DNA of 47,216 nucleotides from Syncephalis fuscata S228 (GCA_025786725.1 JAHLTZ010000075.1:1-47216); one strand, 5' to 3'; shown: positions 27,508 through 40,480, counted from the stretch's first letter. Notes: generated from the letters alone by a model not told the origin. Numbers and translations are program-made.

Positions 27508-29497
27508 GTTAAAAACCGACGCACGTCAAAGAAAATAGAATATTCGTCGAAGAAAAGGCGCAAAGGAATAAAAGAACTTCCAATAGTGCAACAATCGTAA
27601 TTCCCGGTCTTTATAAATCGTCCAAGTAAGAACTACTGCAAGTTTAAGTACTGAAACACAGAGTAATGAGCACTAATGATGACAGCTATATGGTAGGACT
27701 ATTCAAAGCACCTACAGTCGGCCGATATCCATACGATGGACCGCTGCCGCGTACCAATCAACGAAACGGTGAAAAAAAGGTGAAACGACGTCAAAAATGC
27801 TTCAATATGCAGAAGGTATTGTCCAACTAAATAAATAGCTGAATAGCAACAAAGAAGCAAACGTGAAGAAGAAAAAGAAAAGAAGAAAAAGGTGTTTAAC
27901 AACAAGTGAAGATAAACGAGCTGAAGAGGATAAGGAAATAGTGAGAGTAAAGCGAGCACAACTACCAAATCTAGACAATGCGAACACCGTCATCATATTT
28001 ATGTACTGATAGCTAATCCGCCACTCGCTTTAGACAGACCCTCGTTTTCATTCGTCTTTTCATGTTCCCAATTAACGCAAAGGGTACAAGTCACGCGGTA
28101 AACTGGATCAATAGGCTAGCAATTATGGTAACGGTAACATTAACAACGACAACAGCAACGTCGCCTATACATGCGTCTGACTGAATCACGCCATAACGGA
28201 AAAATAGAATGGTTTGTCCGTCGGCATCTAAATAAGAAGCTCCGTCTAAATTTAACAAACATATTTATGCTTATTAGCTGTACCAATACTGGTGGTTTTA
28301 GAGGTGTAGTGTAGCGCAACATGGTATGCACAAATTAAAGCATGGGCGATTTGAGGCAGCACGAAACGTACAAGTTTTATTAAAAAAATCGTAGTGTTAA
28401 ATAAAAACCACACGTGCGTTTCTAACCAACAATAACTACCGGGTAGTATCTACCACCAATCGTTATAGTATAATTCAAACACCGTCGCGCTGCTTAAATA
28501 CAAAGGTGCTGATTATTACTAATCGAGTGATAATAAAAACAAAAAGCGACTTTGAAGGTGGAAGGGAATGTAGCTATCCAGATAACCAATAATCTACGTT
28601 ATGACATCATATCGTGGCTTGAAATGTATGTCTCTGTGTATAGAAATGTCTAACGAGTTGATTGGTTAGATACAACGGCGATATGAAGCAATACAATATT
28701 GCGTATTCAATTCAATCCAACACATAATAAACAATCTACAGTCTCAAATCATAATAGACAATCTAGGGTTGTACCATTATTGCTGCCAAATCCTTACTTA
28801 TCGCCTGCCGAGTACAAGTGGTCAAAGTGTGTTATAAAAATAGAACCTTACTGTCACGCAGTCATTCATACATCCATACGTGCATACTGATACATCTACG
28901 CCTTTTCCTATGCAGTCATACACACACGTGTATCTACATACAATGTGGCCTTGGCGTAGTTGTATGGTAATGACTTGTATACTTGTTATGTGTATACAAT
29001 TATAGACAGATAAACAAATGGCATAGTTGCCAATAAATTGAATAAACGGGGCATATGTGTTACTCATCAAGCCATGTACAACATAACAACACAATTGGCC
29101 TATAATCTGGCCATTTACAGCATAATATGGATATTCATATTGTATGTTTATTGGAACTACAAGTTACAGAATAACCTGTAGAGGTGTATACAAGGCCCAT
29201 CCCAGAGGATGATAGACATAAACCATTATGTCCCATGGACCGGTAAACATAGAAAGTAAGAAAGACAAATAGACGGACAGATAGACAAACGCAGACACAG
29301 ACATGCCAACAGACAGACAATGATAGTGATAATCGAGAAAAAGAATTGATTTGCTGCTGTTGTTGTTGTTGTTATTGTCATTGCATCACTAAACACAATT
29401 CGTAAGACAACTTTTAGTTTAAACGTAACGACCTATAAATAAAACAATGAAACATTTACATAGGCGGTTAGTCATGTGTTCCTTGCATGGCGTTGTA

Positions 29498-29941
29498 TTA
29501 TAACTTACGACGATAATCTTCTCGTAAACGCTTGGCAAAATCAAATGGTTCACGGCCATGGATTTTTGACGATGCAGATAGATTCGATAGATTCAATTGG
29601 GCCACACGAGCCGATCGCTTCTTTGATGTTGTGTTGATGCGAAGGCCGGAAGGTGGTGTATTTTCATCGTTAACATTGTTTAATGACGACGAAGATAGAG
29701 ACGACGATACGGAGCTGGTCGATGATTTGGCAAACCGTTGCCGTGCCCAACCAGGAGAAGCTGGTGTAAGTCGATGCTCTGCACCGTCACCAATGCCAAT
29801 CTCCTGCTTGGCCGCTTCAAGGTTGAGTGCCAATGGGCGCTTGCCTTTGAACTTGCTTTTGCGTTCCATAGGCATGTTCAACATGGATGAAGTACGAGAC
29901 GAGCTGAGAGTGCCAATACGGTCGCTTTCGTTGCTTATCAT
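29498..29941 (-). CDS. 147-aa disordered protein with two MAPK D-site-like motifs
   Basis: First ATG at 29941 (the longer track ORF starts at TTG). Motifs KGKRPLALNL and KKRSARVAQLNL, plus TP/SP sites. Confidence 0.7.
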   Translation of the reverse strand: MISNESDRIGTLSSSRTSSMLNMPMERKSKFKGKRPLALNLEAAKQEIGIGDGAEHRLTPASPGWARQRFAKSSTSSVSSSLSSSSLNNVNDENTPPSGLRINTTSKKRSARVAQLNLSNLSASSKIHGREPFDFAKRLREDYRRKL

Positions 29942-31167
29942 GACGAAAGTGTGATAGAGTTGCGGTGGTGTTAGTGTGCTGGTGAGCAGGTAAACTCGTG
30001 TTGTTGAGTAAGCGTTAAAAGCAAAAATCTGACGTGCAATAGCGTTCGTAAACTTCAAACCAATGGTCGTTAATGGGAGGCGTTTGGTAGATGTGAGTAT
30101 GGATGTTGAAGTGCTTGTAGTGATGGATATGCGGGAGAGGCGTATGTAAGGATGCGTGCGTCGTAAGTTATGGAACAATGCAAATCAATTTAGAAAACAG
30201 CGAGTACCGGACTCGATAATCAATAGAATAAAATGATAAGAATGAACCGAATAATGGGACAACAAACAACCGCAATGCTGCAAAAATAAAAATAACCAGA
30301 TCAAGGAAGTAAGAGAGATAAATGGGCTGTATTTAAGCCAGCACGCACAACGCTATTCCAAAGCGGTCACGTACAGCAGCAGCCAAGCAAACGGCAAGCG
30401 GCGATATATGCGGAGAAAGAGTGGCAAATGAACGAGTGAAGAACAGAAAGAAAAAGGTAGGCGGATGAACGCCGACCAGTGGAGTTATAAAAGTTTCTGA
30501 AAAGGTGAGACAAGCAAATAAATGTAGAATCAAACCGTCCCGCAGTCTGCTTGGGAAAACAAAGGACGCTGTACGACGGCAGCTAAAATAAGCAATGCTC
30601 CAAAAGTGATACCACACAAAGAGATGGATAATGCAAATGTATTATTATAGTAATAAAGAATTCCTAAAAGCAAAGAATACGGTTGTAAAGAACTAAATTG
30701 GAAAACCAGTGTCACCAGTGACGACGGCAATAATAAAAGTGTAGTAGAAGTAGTAGAAGTAGTAGTAGTAGCGAGTGTGGTAAGTAAAGGAGGACGATAA
30801 TGAAAAAAGGAGAAGGCCAACTAGCACCATTGCACACCCCTCATATGCGATTTTGCTCCTTGACTGCTCTAAGGACAAAACAGGTATGTACCCCTTGGTG
30901 CCTGTATTCATACACACGCCCATACTTGCGGTGGCAGCGTGCTGATACCGCGTGGTACACGTTAAAGACTTGGAAAAATAGACCACTGCCGCTCTACGAG
31001 AGTACCGCGTATGCATGTCTGCAGTTATCAATCTAAAACATGCAGCCAAAAAAATCAGCAAAAAGTGTTGAATAGAAAAAAAATGCCTGACACAGCGTTT
31101 CATCACGCGGAGTACAAAAATAAATATAGAGCAAAAGAGAGAAACGATAGCACAATAAGTCTTTGTT

Positions 31168-32494
31168 ATACTAAGAAATAAAAATGTCTTTTTTTAGCAC
31201 CATTAACGCTTTTATTATTTTGTAAATAACTAATGGGGTCCCAACAAAAGCGACGCATTGGCGTGGACTCTGTGGTGGCATTGATATCTGCCATCATCTA
31301 AAACATAAATTTAAATCATTCAAATCAACGATATTATTAGTAATTAAGTATACAGTTTCAGTAAATAGCGCCCCTTTTAATTGCCAAGATTATGGCATAA
31401 ACTAGCATAATACACGAATGCCAAATTTAATGCATCTATGAATACTTACTTCGTCAGTCAGTGGCGGATCAAAAAGAGCATGTTCTCCGTGATGCGTTTT
31501 GGATTCGTACTTTTTGGTATGACGACAAACTGACGTTGAATAGCCCAACGCAGTAGTACTTGCGCGTCCGTGATCAAAGACTGGCCATTTTCACTGTTGT
31601 TGCTGTTGCTGCTGCTATTGCTGTTACGCTGGTTGAGTTGGGTCACTGCTCGGGTCACTGCAGGCAACGGATAGGTGCCATTCACCAGTGCTCCTTCTCC
31701 AAGACTCGAGTAGGCTTCGAGCTGGATATTATGTTTACGACAGAATGCCACCAATTCCCGATCCGGCCATAATGGATGCAGCTCTGTTTGAAGCACACTC
31801 GGTTGAATTGAAATATTCGTATCATCTAGTAACTGTTTTAAATGACGTATTGTGTAGTTACTAACACCAATGGCACGTATCTTTCCCTCGCGATACAACT
31901 CTTCAAGTGCTCGGTAACTGCCCATCCGATTCTCGGCATTTCGTGGATCGTCGGTTTTCAGTTTCTGTGTTCTAAGCACCATCCCCCAACAGTATCACCA
32001 ATTTACACAATCAATGATACCACATTGTTTCAAAATACAATAAATATGCTGTTGTTACAACAATGGTTCACATAAAATGCTACACGTGTATACACACCCT
32101 GGCCAGTGAATAAGATAAAGATCAATATACTCTACACCTAGTTTTTGGCGAGATGTTTCAAAAGCTAATAATTGCAAGAGTCGTGATCACAACAGCAATG
32201 ACATTAATACAGCTGTGCGTATTAAATAAATCCAGCTAAGAAAAACTTTAATTAACCGATGCTGTAACCGACCCACCTTTAAGACATGCCTCGTAGCCTT
32301 GGTCGCGTGGAGCTATTCGTTATTAGCATAAACAAGCAAGCACACAAATGCTTAATATTTGTATCAAAGCTTACCAAGTTTTGTAGTAATAAAAATATCA
32401 CTTCGTTTCAAACCATTAAATGAGTCTGCATCTTCAAATACACACTGTAGGACACGTCCGATCGCCTCTTCATTTCGATAGACAGACGCAGTAT
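31168..32494 (-). pseudogene. Aldo-keto reductase, 5'-truncated in this window
   Basis: Exons give (D)[67 protein letters not shown]. The N-terminal GxGT..GYRxI exon(s) are absent. One frameshift near 31480; the exact stop is uncertain. Confidence 0.85.
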
Positions 32495-34641
32495 CTATAA
32501 ACACGCCATTTACATTATTAAATAAAAACATTTTTTTATAAACATCAATTAATTGGTTAGCTATTTATTATAATTTGGTGGTCAATGATTAAATTGAATG
32601 TTATTAAATTTATTGAACATGATGGTGGGTGGTGAGTGACATCAATCATCAAATACTCATCATTTTAGATTTATTATCCAGTATACATTTCGCCTATATC
32701 ATTTCCATTATATCCTACACTATCATATAGCATTGTATGCTATACTAGACACATTCTATTGTTTATATGTTCCATTACACTTCACTCAACCCATTCATTG
32801 CGTTGTATGGACTATAGCTTTGACATCATTTATCTGGGCCTTTATTATTGTATATTCATTCTACTGTAGATCATTCTATTGTTTACTGATTACATAAGAT
32901 TAATAAAAGCCGCCTGTTTATTGCCAGCTGTATCTGTTATAGATTGCAATTTATTGTGCTCACTTAACCACGCGAACTATAATTTTACTAGCATTATTCA
33001 TGCATTGTTCTTTTGCTCATTCATTCATAACATTTCACGTTTTACTATAAAATCGCTTTTTATAATTAATTATATTATTCGTAAATTTCAAATTGGTTCA
33101 CTTTGTCATATACACATGTACATATATGATACTTTATCATCAATATCCATGCACTTTCTTTGACTATTCACTTGAGTTCGTGTCATTTTATTAGCTTGCA
33201 GTCAAGTATACAATATAAATAGAAAATAAAGACAAAAAGCAGCGAGTCTACAACAACAGCTATATCAGAACGTGAAATATCCAATGGCTTGCTAGTTAGT
33301 AAAGTTTATACATACCAATATCGTATCTGTAATCACAAACATAATAAAATGCAATGCTAAACAGTGCTTATTTAATATGTTGATGGCCTAAACTCCCAAC
33401 CTATAGCGCTGAGCCCATACCCACGTCTAGGCCATCTACACACAAACAAGAGATCTAGAATGCAATAACAGCAGTGCAATAGCACACTGTTGCGATATTA
33501 TACAGCCAACACAATCACATCGTCACTTCTACTCAATTGAAGATAACAACTTAGATGGCACAAACAGTATAACGCCTTAAACCAAAGTTGTGCCAATTAA
33601 GACGCTTTAGCTGCTAAAACAACAGTGCCATTATGACAACTGCTTAACATCACCCGCAATCAAGGAATAGTGATATGTATATACGCACACCTGAGTGTCT
33701 ATACAAGCACCACCATACAATAAACAAAGTGGTTTACAGCATAGATTAGGTTGTTTGACGTTGTACCACCGAAGGTCTTAAGAGTTTATAGCGGCTGAGT
33801 ACGTCTTCTAGACAGCTTAAAGTATGCCGAGCAGTTGTATATTGTATGGTTTCACAAGCAAGCAGTTACAGTGTGTCATATAAAGCTGTAAATTCCACTA
33901 AACATTGTAATTTGCGAACATATGAAATAGTGGAATGCAACTGCTAATTAGTTAAAGAATAAATGTAAAATCAAAGACGTAATTAAAATTACGTGTTTTG
34001 ATGGGGAATATGCTATTTAAGCACACATGCGTGCGTTTAGCGCAGAAGCGAGCACTCAGCATTATCCAATGAATTGAATCCATCAATTGATACAATTGTA
34101 AGCCAATAAATACAATGATATTCCTACTAGCAGGCTGCCAAACATTGTATAGCGCGTTTTTCTCATTGTAACGATGACTCAACGCCACTTTGAAATAGAC
34201 AATGGCTTCAGCGAATGTTTCAAACGAGACCTTATCAGCCCATCGTCAAAGCACACTCAATAGCAAATAGATTGAGCGTCATTAGTCGCGGCTTTTCCCT
34301 TGAAATCATATCTTTATGTAGCACTAAAGTATAAAAAAAGCCAATTGCTTTGTATTGGCATTGCCTATCGCATCTTGCCCGGTTTAATGACGTTTATTGT
34401 CGCAAACTAGTGGTCTTACTTAGAAAATTGGCTTAACTTACTGGCTGAATTGTGCAAATGAAATATGTAGGTAATTTCGGCTACTGCTTCCAATTTTTAT
34501 TGTTCACCAATATATAAACGCATACACAAGTCACATTTTCTTTTCTCTTTTCTGTTTAGTTCACTTCTCCTGCCTACTTGTTTGCACACTTGCACATAAG
34601 AATTTTCTCACTTTTTGTTTATTTGAACATCTAAAATCAAT

Positions 34642-35810
34642 ATGGCTACTATCTCCGACTCCGCCAACAGCTCTATTGCCGGCCGTACAAAAAGCTGTAC
34701 TGCCAAGGACCATACTGTGAAAGCAACGAAGACGACCAAGTTGCAAATGACAAGAAAGTTGACCAAGCTTTGAAGAGCAACAAAGACGACCAAGTTGCAA
34801 ACAACGAGGAAGTTGACCAAGCTTTGAAGAGCAACGAAGACGACCAAGTTGCAGACAACGAGGAAGTTGACCAAACTTTGAAAGCAACGAAGACGACCAA
34901 GTTGCAGACAACGAGGAAGTTGACCAAGCTTTGAAGAGCAACGAAGACGACCAAGTTGCAGACAACGAGGAAGTTGACCAAGCTTTGAAAGCAACGAAGA
35001 CGACCAAGTTGCAAATGACAAGAAAGTTGACCAAGCTTTGAAGAGCAACGAAGACGACCAAGTTGCAGACAACGAGGAAGTTGACCAAGCTTTGAAAAGC
35101 AACGAAGACGACCAAGTTGCAAACAAGAAAGTTGACCAAGCTTTGAAAAGCAACGAAGACGACCAAGTTGCAAACAACGAGGAAGTTGACCAAGCTTTGA
35201 AAAGCAACGAAGACGACCAAGTTGCAAACAACGAGGAAGTTGACCAAGCTTTGAAGAGCAAGGAAAACAACAGTTGTTCTTTTGATTTATCGCGTTCATC
35301 GCGATCGATAGCGCAACCAGTATCACGCCGATCAGGCAAACAGGTAAGCAATATTACTGACACTAAGCTAACCTCTCTTCATGATAGAAACAAGACGCCA
35401 GTGGCCAGGCTGAAGGGCACACAGCAAGCCGTTTTACCCACTTGTGATCACAAAAACGTGTCACAACGCAAAAGATCACCACTTATAGGTAATAAAACAC
35501 TTTTATTGGTTACAATAGCTAACAAACATACTTTATTGCTAGCAAAAGAAGAATACGAGAAAAAGCCCATATGCAAATGCATATTAAAACAAATAGAGTC
35601 TAAAAGAATCATGCCACGACCTCCACCACGCAAATTTTCAAAATCAGAGGATATTCGCGTGTCAATGATGATACGTAGATTCGAGGAATTGATTGGTAAA
35701 AAATTAAATATCTTTAATATAATTTTATTTAAACACTTAAGCATTTAGCTCAACGGGAACGCAAACGACGCAGGGAAGAAGAAGAGTCCACTGCACGCAA
35801 ACGGCGATGA
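34642..35810 (+). CDS. Second copy of the 18-aa-repeat gene (10 units); frame broken in units 1, 4 and 6 as assembled
   Basis: ATG 34642, TATATAAA at ~34511, introns with donors at 35344, ~35490 and ~35696, stop TGA 35808-35810. Confidence 0.55.
34718..35251 (+). repeat. 54-bp minisatellite, 10 units (53,54,54,53,54,53,54,51,54,54 bp)
   Basis: Units start at 34718, 34771, 34825, 34879, 34932, 34986, 35039, 35093, 35144 and 35198. Confidence 0.95.
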
Positions 35811-36193
35811 ACTCAAGCTCAGGTGTTTACTATATTTGTACAGCTCTCTTCCTAAATAAACCTTTAGGAAATTTCTCCAACCAAATGCTTAATATTAATA
35901 TACAAACATATAATTGCTTAGCCTTTTTCCTTTATTAATTATAATAAAACAACTTTAAATATAGCTTATATAAATAAATAGATTTAATTTAGCAAACGGC
36001 TAGTGTTCCACGTCTTCTTAAAGCAAAGTTATAATAATGCCAATAAAGGTTATTTGTTATAAAGCCATTGTAATTAACTAGTAGTGTTTAGTATAAAATA
36101 CCAGTACCATATAACGGTCTACTAGTCATTTATTTGATAATAACTGGCCTATTCCTAGTCTTTCTATCTGCGATAATTTAACTATTTGATTTT

Positions 36194-36425
36194 GAGGTCA
36201 AGTGACTACATTTACTAGTATCTGCGTAGTTGAACTGCACATTTAATCTATTGAACATGGTGACAAGTGGTAAATTTTATTAAGGATCAAATTATTAACT
36301 GTATTACAATTGAATGGCCAAATGACTATATTTAATAGCATTCAATATATTGAACATGATGATCAGTGGTGAGTGACATCAATCATCCAATACTCATTAC
36401 TGTAGATTCATTATCCAGTATGCAT
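36194..36425 (-). repeat. Older double-subunit R copy
   Basis: gaggtcaagtgactaca..ttgaacatg..ggtgagtgacatcaatcatccaatactc; RC is similar to 2945-3178. Confidence 0.85.
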
Positions 36426-36873
36426 ATATCCTCTATTTGTCTATATCGCTAAAAACGTATGCTTGTACTATTATATATCATGCTATGTTATACTGAATGC
36501 ATTATATTATTATAGCTTTCAATTACATATAGTTTGCTAAATGAATGAGGTGAATAAGCTGATATTTATTAATAATAAATCTAGAACAAAAAAACAACTA
36601 CAATAGCTAGCGCGTATATTTACTGAATAATAAAGTAATATACAATATAATGAACATGCAACATTGAACGACGATTAGTAGTGTTAAATTTAATGAACAT
36701 ATATGCGTGATCAATAAGCGGAATTAATCGACATTTACTAATAATGAAGCTAAAACAAAAATAAAAGTACCATTGGATAGAGGAATGGTAGGCGAGTATA
36801 GAATGATATAGAATCAAATAAATATACGGTAAAAGTGTATGATAAATATGTTAAAGTATGGTGCATATATAGT

Positions 36874-37092
36874 AATGAATGGGTTGAGTGAAGTGTAATG
36901 GAACATATAAACAATAGAATGTGTCTAGTATAGCATACAATGATATATGATAGTGTAGGATATAATGGAAATGATATAGGTGAAATGCATACTGGATAAT
37001 AATCTACAATGATGAGTATTTGATGATTGATGTCACTCACCATCCGCCATCATGTTCAATAAATTTAATAACATTCAATTTAATCGTTTGCC
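36874..37092 (+). repeat. R copy, right TIR of the 4.5-kb element
   Basis: Near-identical to the RC of 32580-32799, including the tagtatagcatacaatg variant that the 2.9-kb copy lacks. Confidence 0.92.
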
Positions 37093-37379
37093 TTCAAAGC
37101 ACATTCAATGGCTTAATAGGTTGTTTATTATCAGTGTAATAACAATAGCAGAAACAACTAGTACTATTATTAAATGGGAAGATGTCTGTATTTATATGAA
37201 TGCAACTAATAGTAGTATGTTAATAAATAAGAAATGCTACATTTATTTATTTAAACAAAGAAATACATAAATAATGATAGACTAGTACAAACCGGATGAC
37301 TGTACAGCATATTGTGGCCCTGTTCTTGCCAAATCTAAATATCGCTTAAATCTATATCTATTGAAGAGGGTCAGTAAAC

Positions 37380-37770
37380 GAGATGAGCCACATGTGCCAA
37401 TGATGTTTGCTGCTTGACTACACCGCAATAAGTAGTGGTTGTCCAAACAACATTTGCTCTGCCCATCAGATATCAGATATCTTCAAGGCAAACCTTATGT
37501 CGCCTCAACAGCCAGATACTCAGCAAGGCAACCTCGCAAACAAACACACGGTAAGCGTACCAATGTTATTATACAAAAGACCAATCAACTATGTGCAGAC
37601 AAGCGCCTTCTACAGCATGCTGGAGTACACACTGCGTGATATATAGCTTCTAGAACACTGCATATCCAGTGCTTCATAGCCAAAAGGCACAACTGCATCG
37701 CACCTCCCACGCCCGTTTACCGACCTTAGTACATATAGCAGCAACCAGCAGTGATCTTGTAATCATTAGA
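37380..37770 (+). pseudogene. GC-richer spliced relic with in-frame TAG stops
   Basis: Open frame LDYTAISSGCPN..NKHT, gtaagc..gtgcag intron (37551-37598), then a frame with TAG stops. Confidence 0.3.
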
Positions 37771-39660
37771 CGTCTAGCAAGTGCAAAGCATATTGGACAA
37801 CAAATGGCAGTAAGGGCGAATGAGTGTAGCGTATATTGTGTGGTAAAGAGTAGAGAGAAGATAAAGGTGCAATGTTGGTTCGGAGGAGCGGTAAAGCCAG
37901 CTTATTATTGTGATAGTTGTGGAAAATGTCGTAATAAACATGGGTCATCTAAACCGTCTATGACCAATGTACTACGCAATTGCTCTTAGTCTTCCGTATA
38001 AGCAGCTACAACCATTCCAATAGAATCTTCAGTACATGTAACTATTAGTGTAATATGTAGTAAACGTGTGTTTTCTTGTACACTTATTGCAAAAGAGTCT
38101 TTATTGCTGTCATTATATTGTCTGAACATTAATATTGGTAAGCCCTTTACAACGTGATAAGCTGATGGATTAAATCTAGATTACACGGCTTAACCGACTA
38201 AGCGTAAAAATGATCTATGCTAAACTTTACATGTAGCATAGCAAGTAAATCTGTTTATTTGGCAATATCAGCTATGGCTTTATTTCAAACAATGCCGATC
38301 ATTTAGGCGGCACGCAAAGCAGCTAAATGGGACCAGTTTCAAGCTTGTAGCACAGTAAATACCAATGGCTTATATGTTGAATACTAATGCAGTCCATCTA
38401 ATAAAATCATTAAAGCAAATTGTTTTTGGCCAAGTTTATTATTGCTTTTAACTGTGTCGAATAGAGTAGCCAGCACTGTCTATGCCACATGGTAAATATA
38501 CGTACACTTTGTCCTTATGCTCAAGTAGCTATAGCGCAATACATGGTTACTCTGCAATAAGCTATACTAATCAAATTTGCACATTTTCTATTATATTTTA
38601 GTTCCTATTTTCTAATTACGCAGAGAACAGGTATGTAACTAGCTACTTTTTATTATTAGTAAATAGTATTCAAGTTTCTTTAATTTATATTTTATTTATT
38701 TAAATGCATTTATAATTGTTATTGTATTTTTCTAATATCGCTATAGTACATTGCAAATAATATCAATTATTTAGTTAATATTTATTTATTCTATTGTTAG
38801 ATAATCAAATCATTTAATTATATTGTGATTTGAAAGCCAAACGACTAGATTTAACAGTATTCACATATTTAAACTAATATTAGTTCTATTAAACATGGAA
38901 TTGTATGATGGATAAAAGCAGCCATCGAAATATCTATTGTTGTAAACATTGTTATTCTTATTTTGTATGAGTGTATATATTGTAAATACCTTTATACCAT
39001 CACATTCGCACAACATTGCAATGCTGATACTCATGTTTCCTTTATTGTTAGCTGTTTTCAGTTCCATATCAAGCTATTTGGCGTTAAATAATCTAGCAAT
39101 AATTAGCTATAGGCAACAACCTAATAAATACCTGTAACAAAGCAATGAACTTACAAGCTCATATTGTTTGCATTATCAGTCTGTATATCTTAATATACAA
39201 AATAAATTAAAACTCATCAGTAATAAACCAGATACAATCAAACAGCAGCTCTAAATAACGTGTAGGTACTACAAAACACAGTTATATAAAATGAAGTAAT
39301 ATACAATGGAAAGTGTACAATTAGCAATGTTGAAGCTGTAATGCGTGTAGCTTTACCATTAATTCAAATAGCCATAAGCATTGTAAAAATAGATTATTTG
39401 TTATTTTTAATACATACATCTATTGTAGAAATGTAATATATCCATTTCTGATAGTTGTGCCTGCAGTAACAATGTTTTATTTATTTATACTATCTTGAAT
39501 ATCGACACAATGCTGGTTTACAAATTTAAATGTAAACTTGTTGTATTGATATTCTGCAGTATGCAATAGTATTTAAAAGTGATTATAGTGTAGTCAGGTG
39601 GTAAAACTCGATGGTGTCTAAGTAATAATAATAGGAATAATTTAATTAATAAACCAGTCA

Positions 39661-40480
39661 TAAGTTTATGTATAACTTTACGTATAATCAAGCAAATTAC
39701 TCGATATTTTGTACAAGTATATATATAATAGCTACTGTAAGTATACTTTATTGCATGATAAGTAACTACATAATAAGTCAATAAATGTACAAAAATAGCA
39801 GTTTTAGTTAATCATGGCTTAATACTTAATAAAAAACAAGAGATTCAATTCATGCTAATAATGATATATATAGAAAAAAATAAAAAAGTCAAAATGCATT
39901 TACGTTATTTAATTTATTTAGTAAAGTTTATGTATAACTTTACGTATAATAAGCAATTACTGATATTTTGTACAAGTATGCACATAGTACATATGTAACT
40001 ACAGGCAAAGTATACCATTATTGCATTGTGTGATGATGTAGTAGTTGCAATAATAACTAATAAATATACAAAAATGCAGTTTTAGATATGCTTTATAATA
40101 AAATAAACAAAAGATGCCGATTCGAGTTCTCCATACTTGAATGTACCGTTTGGTATGATTTATAGAACAATAAATTTTGCAAAAAAAGTTAGTCAAAAAT
40201 GCAATTTACGTATATGTTTGCTATGCTTATAGTATATAAAATAAATTGCTACTGTAGATCAATATTTTTTATACTAACTTGCTATTGCGCTTGTTTTAGC
40301 GCCGTAGAGTGCTTTAAGTTTAATATATATTAAACTGTACATTCAAGCATGGAGAACTCGAATTCAGCAATTATTATGCTATATCGTAAGTATACAAGTC
40401 ATAATCGACAAAAAACTGCTGTTTTACATATTTATTAACGTATTATCATAACCATTGCACTATTACGCAATACAGTTGCA
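39661..40480. repeat. Degenerate ~260-290 bp tandem duplication followed by a foldback
   Basis: 39661-39720 is repeated at 39923-39979. 40120-40146 and 40337-40363 are inverted (26/27), with weaker outer arms. Confidence 0.8.

Larger units (their letters stand above)
32567..36062. repeat. Inverted segmental duplication A, right copy
   Basis: RC of 1-3066, longer mainly because of 8 extra 54-bp units. Confidence 0.97.
32580..37092. mobile_element. Putative 4.5-kb non-autonomous, gene-carrying TIR element (Pack-MULE-like)
   Basis: 32580-32799 and 36874-37092 are ~220-bp inverted repeats with about 7 core differences and GG..CC ends. No transposase and no target-site duplication were seen. Confidence 0.55.

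Noticed and set aside
29532-29954. 140-aa plus-strand ORF
   Set aside because: Non-ATG start and antisense to the better supported minus-strand gene.
34718-35251. CRISPR-like array
   Set aside because: Units are contiguous with no unique spacers, encode an in-frame 18-aa repeat, and sit in eukaryotic context with no cas genes.
34561-35363. Three long minus-strand ORFs (217-251 aa), and their counterparts at 702-1078
   Set aside because: Antisense shadows of a repeat lacking stops on that strand; promoter, ATG and introns point to the other strand.
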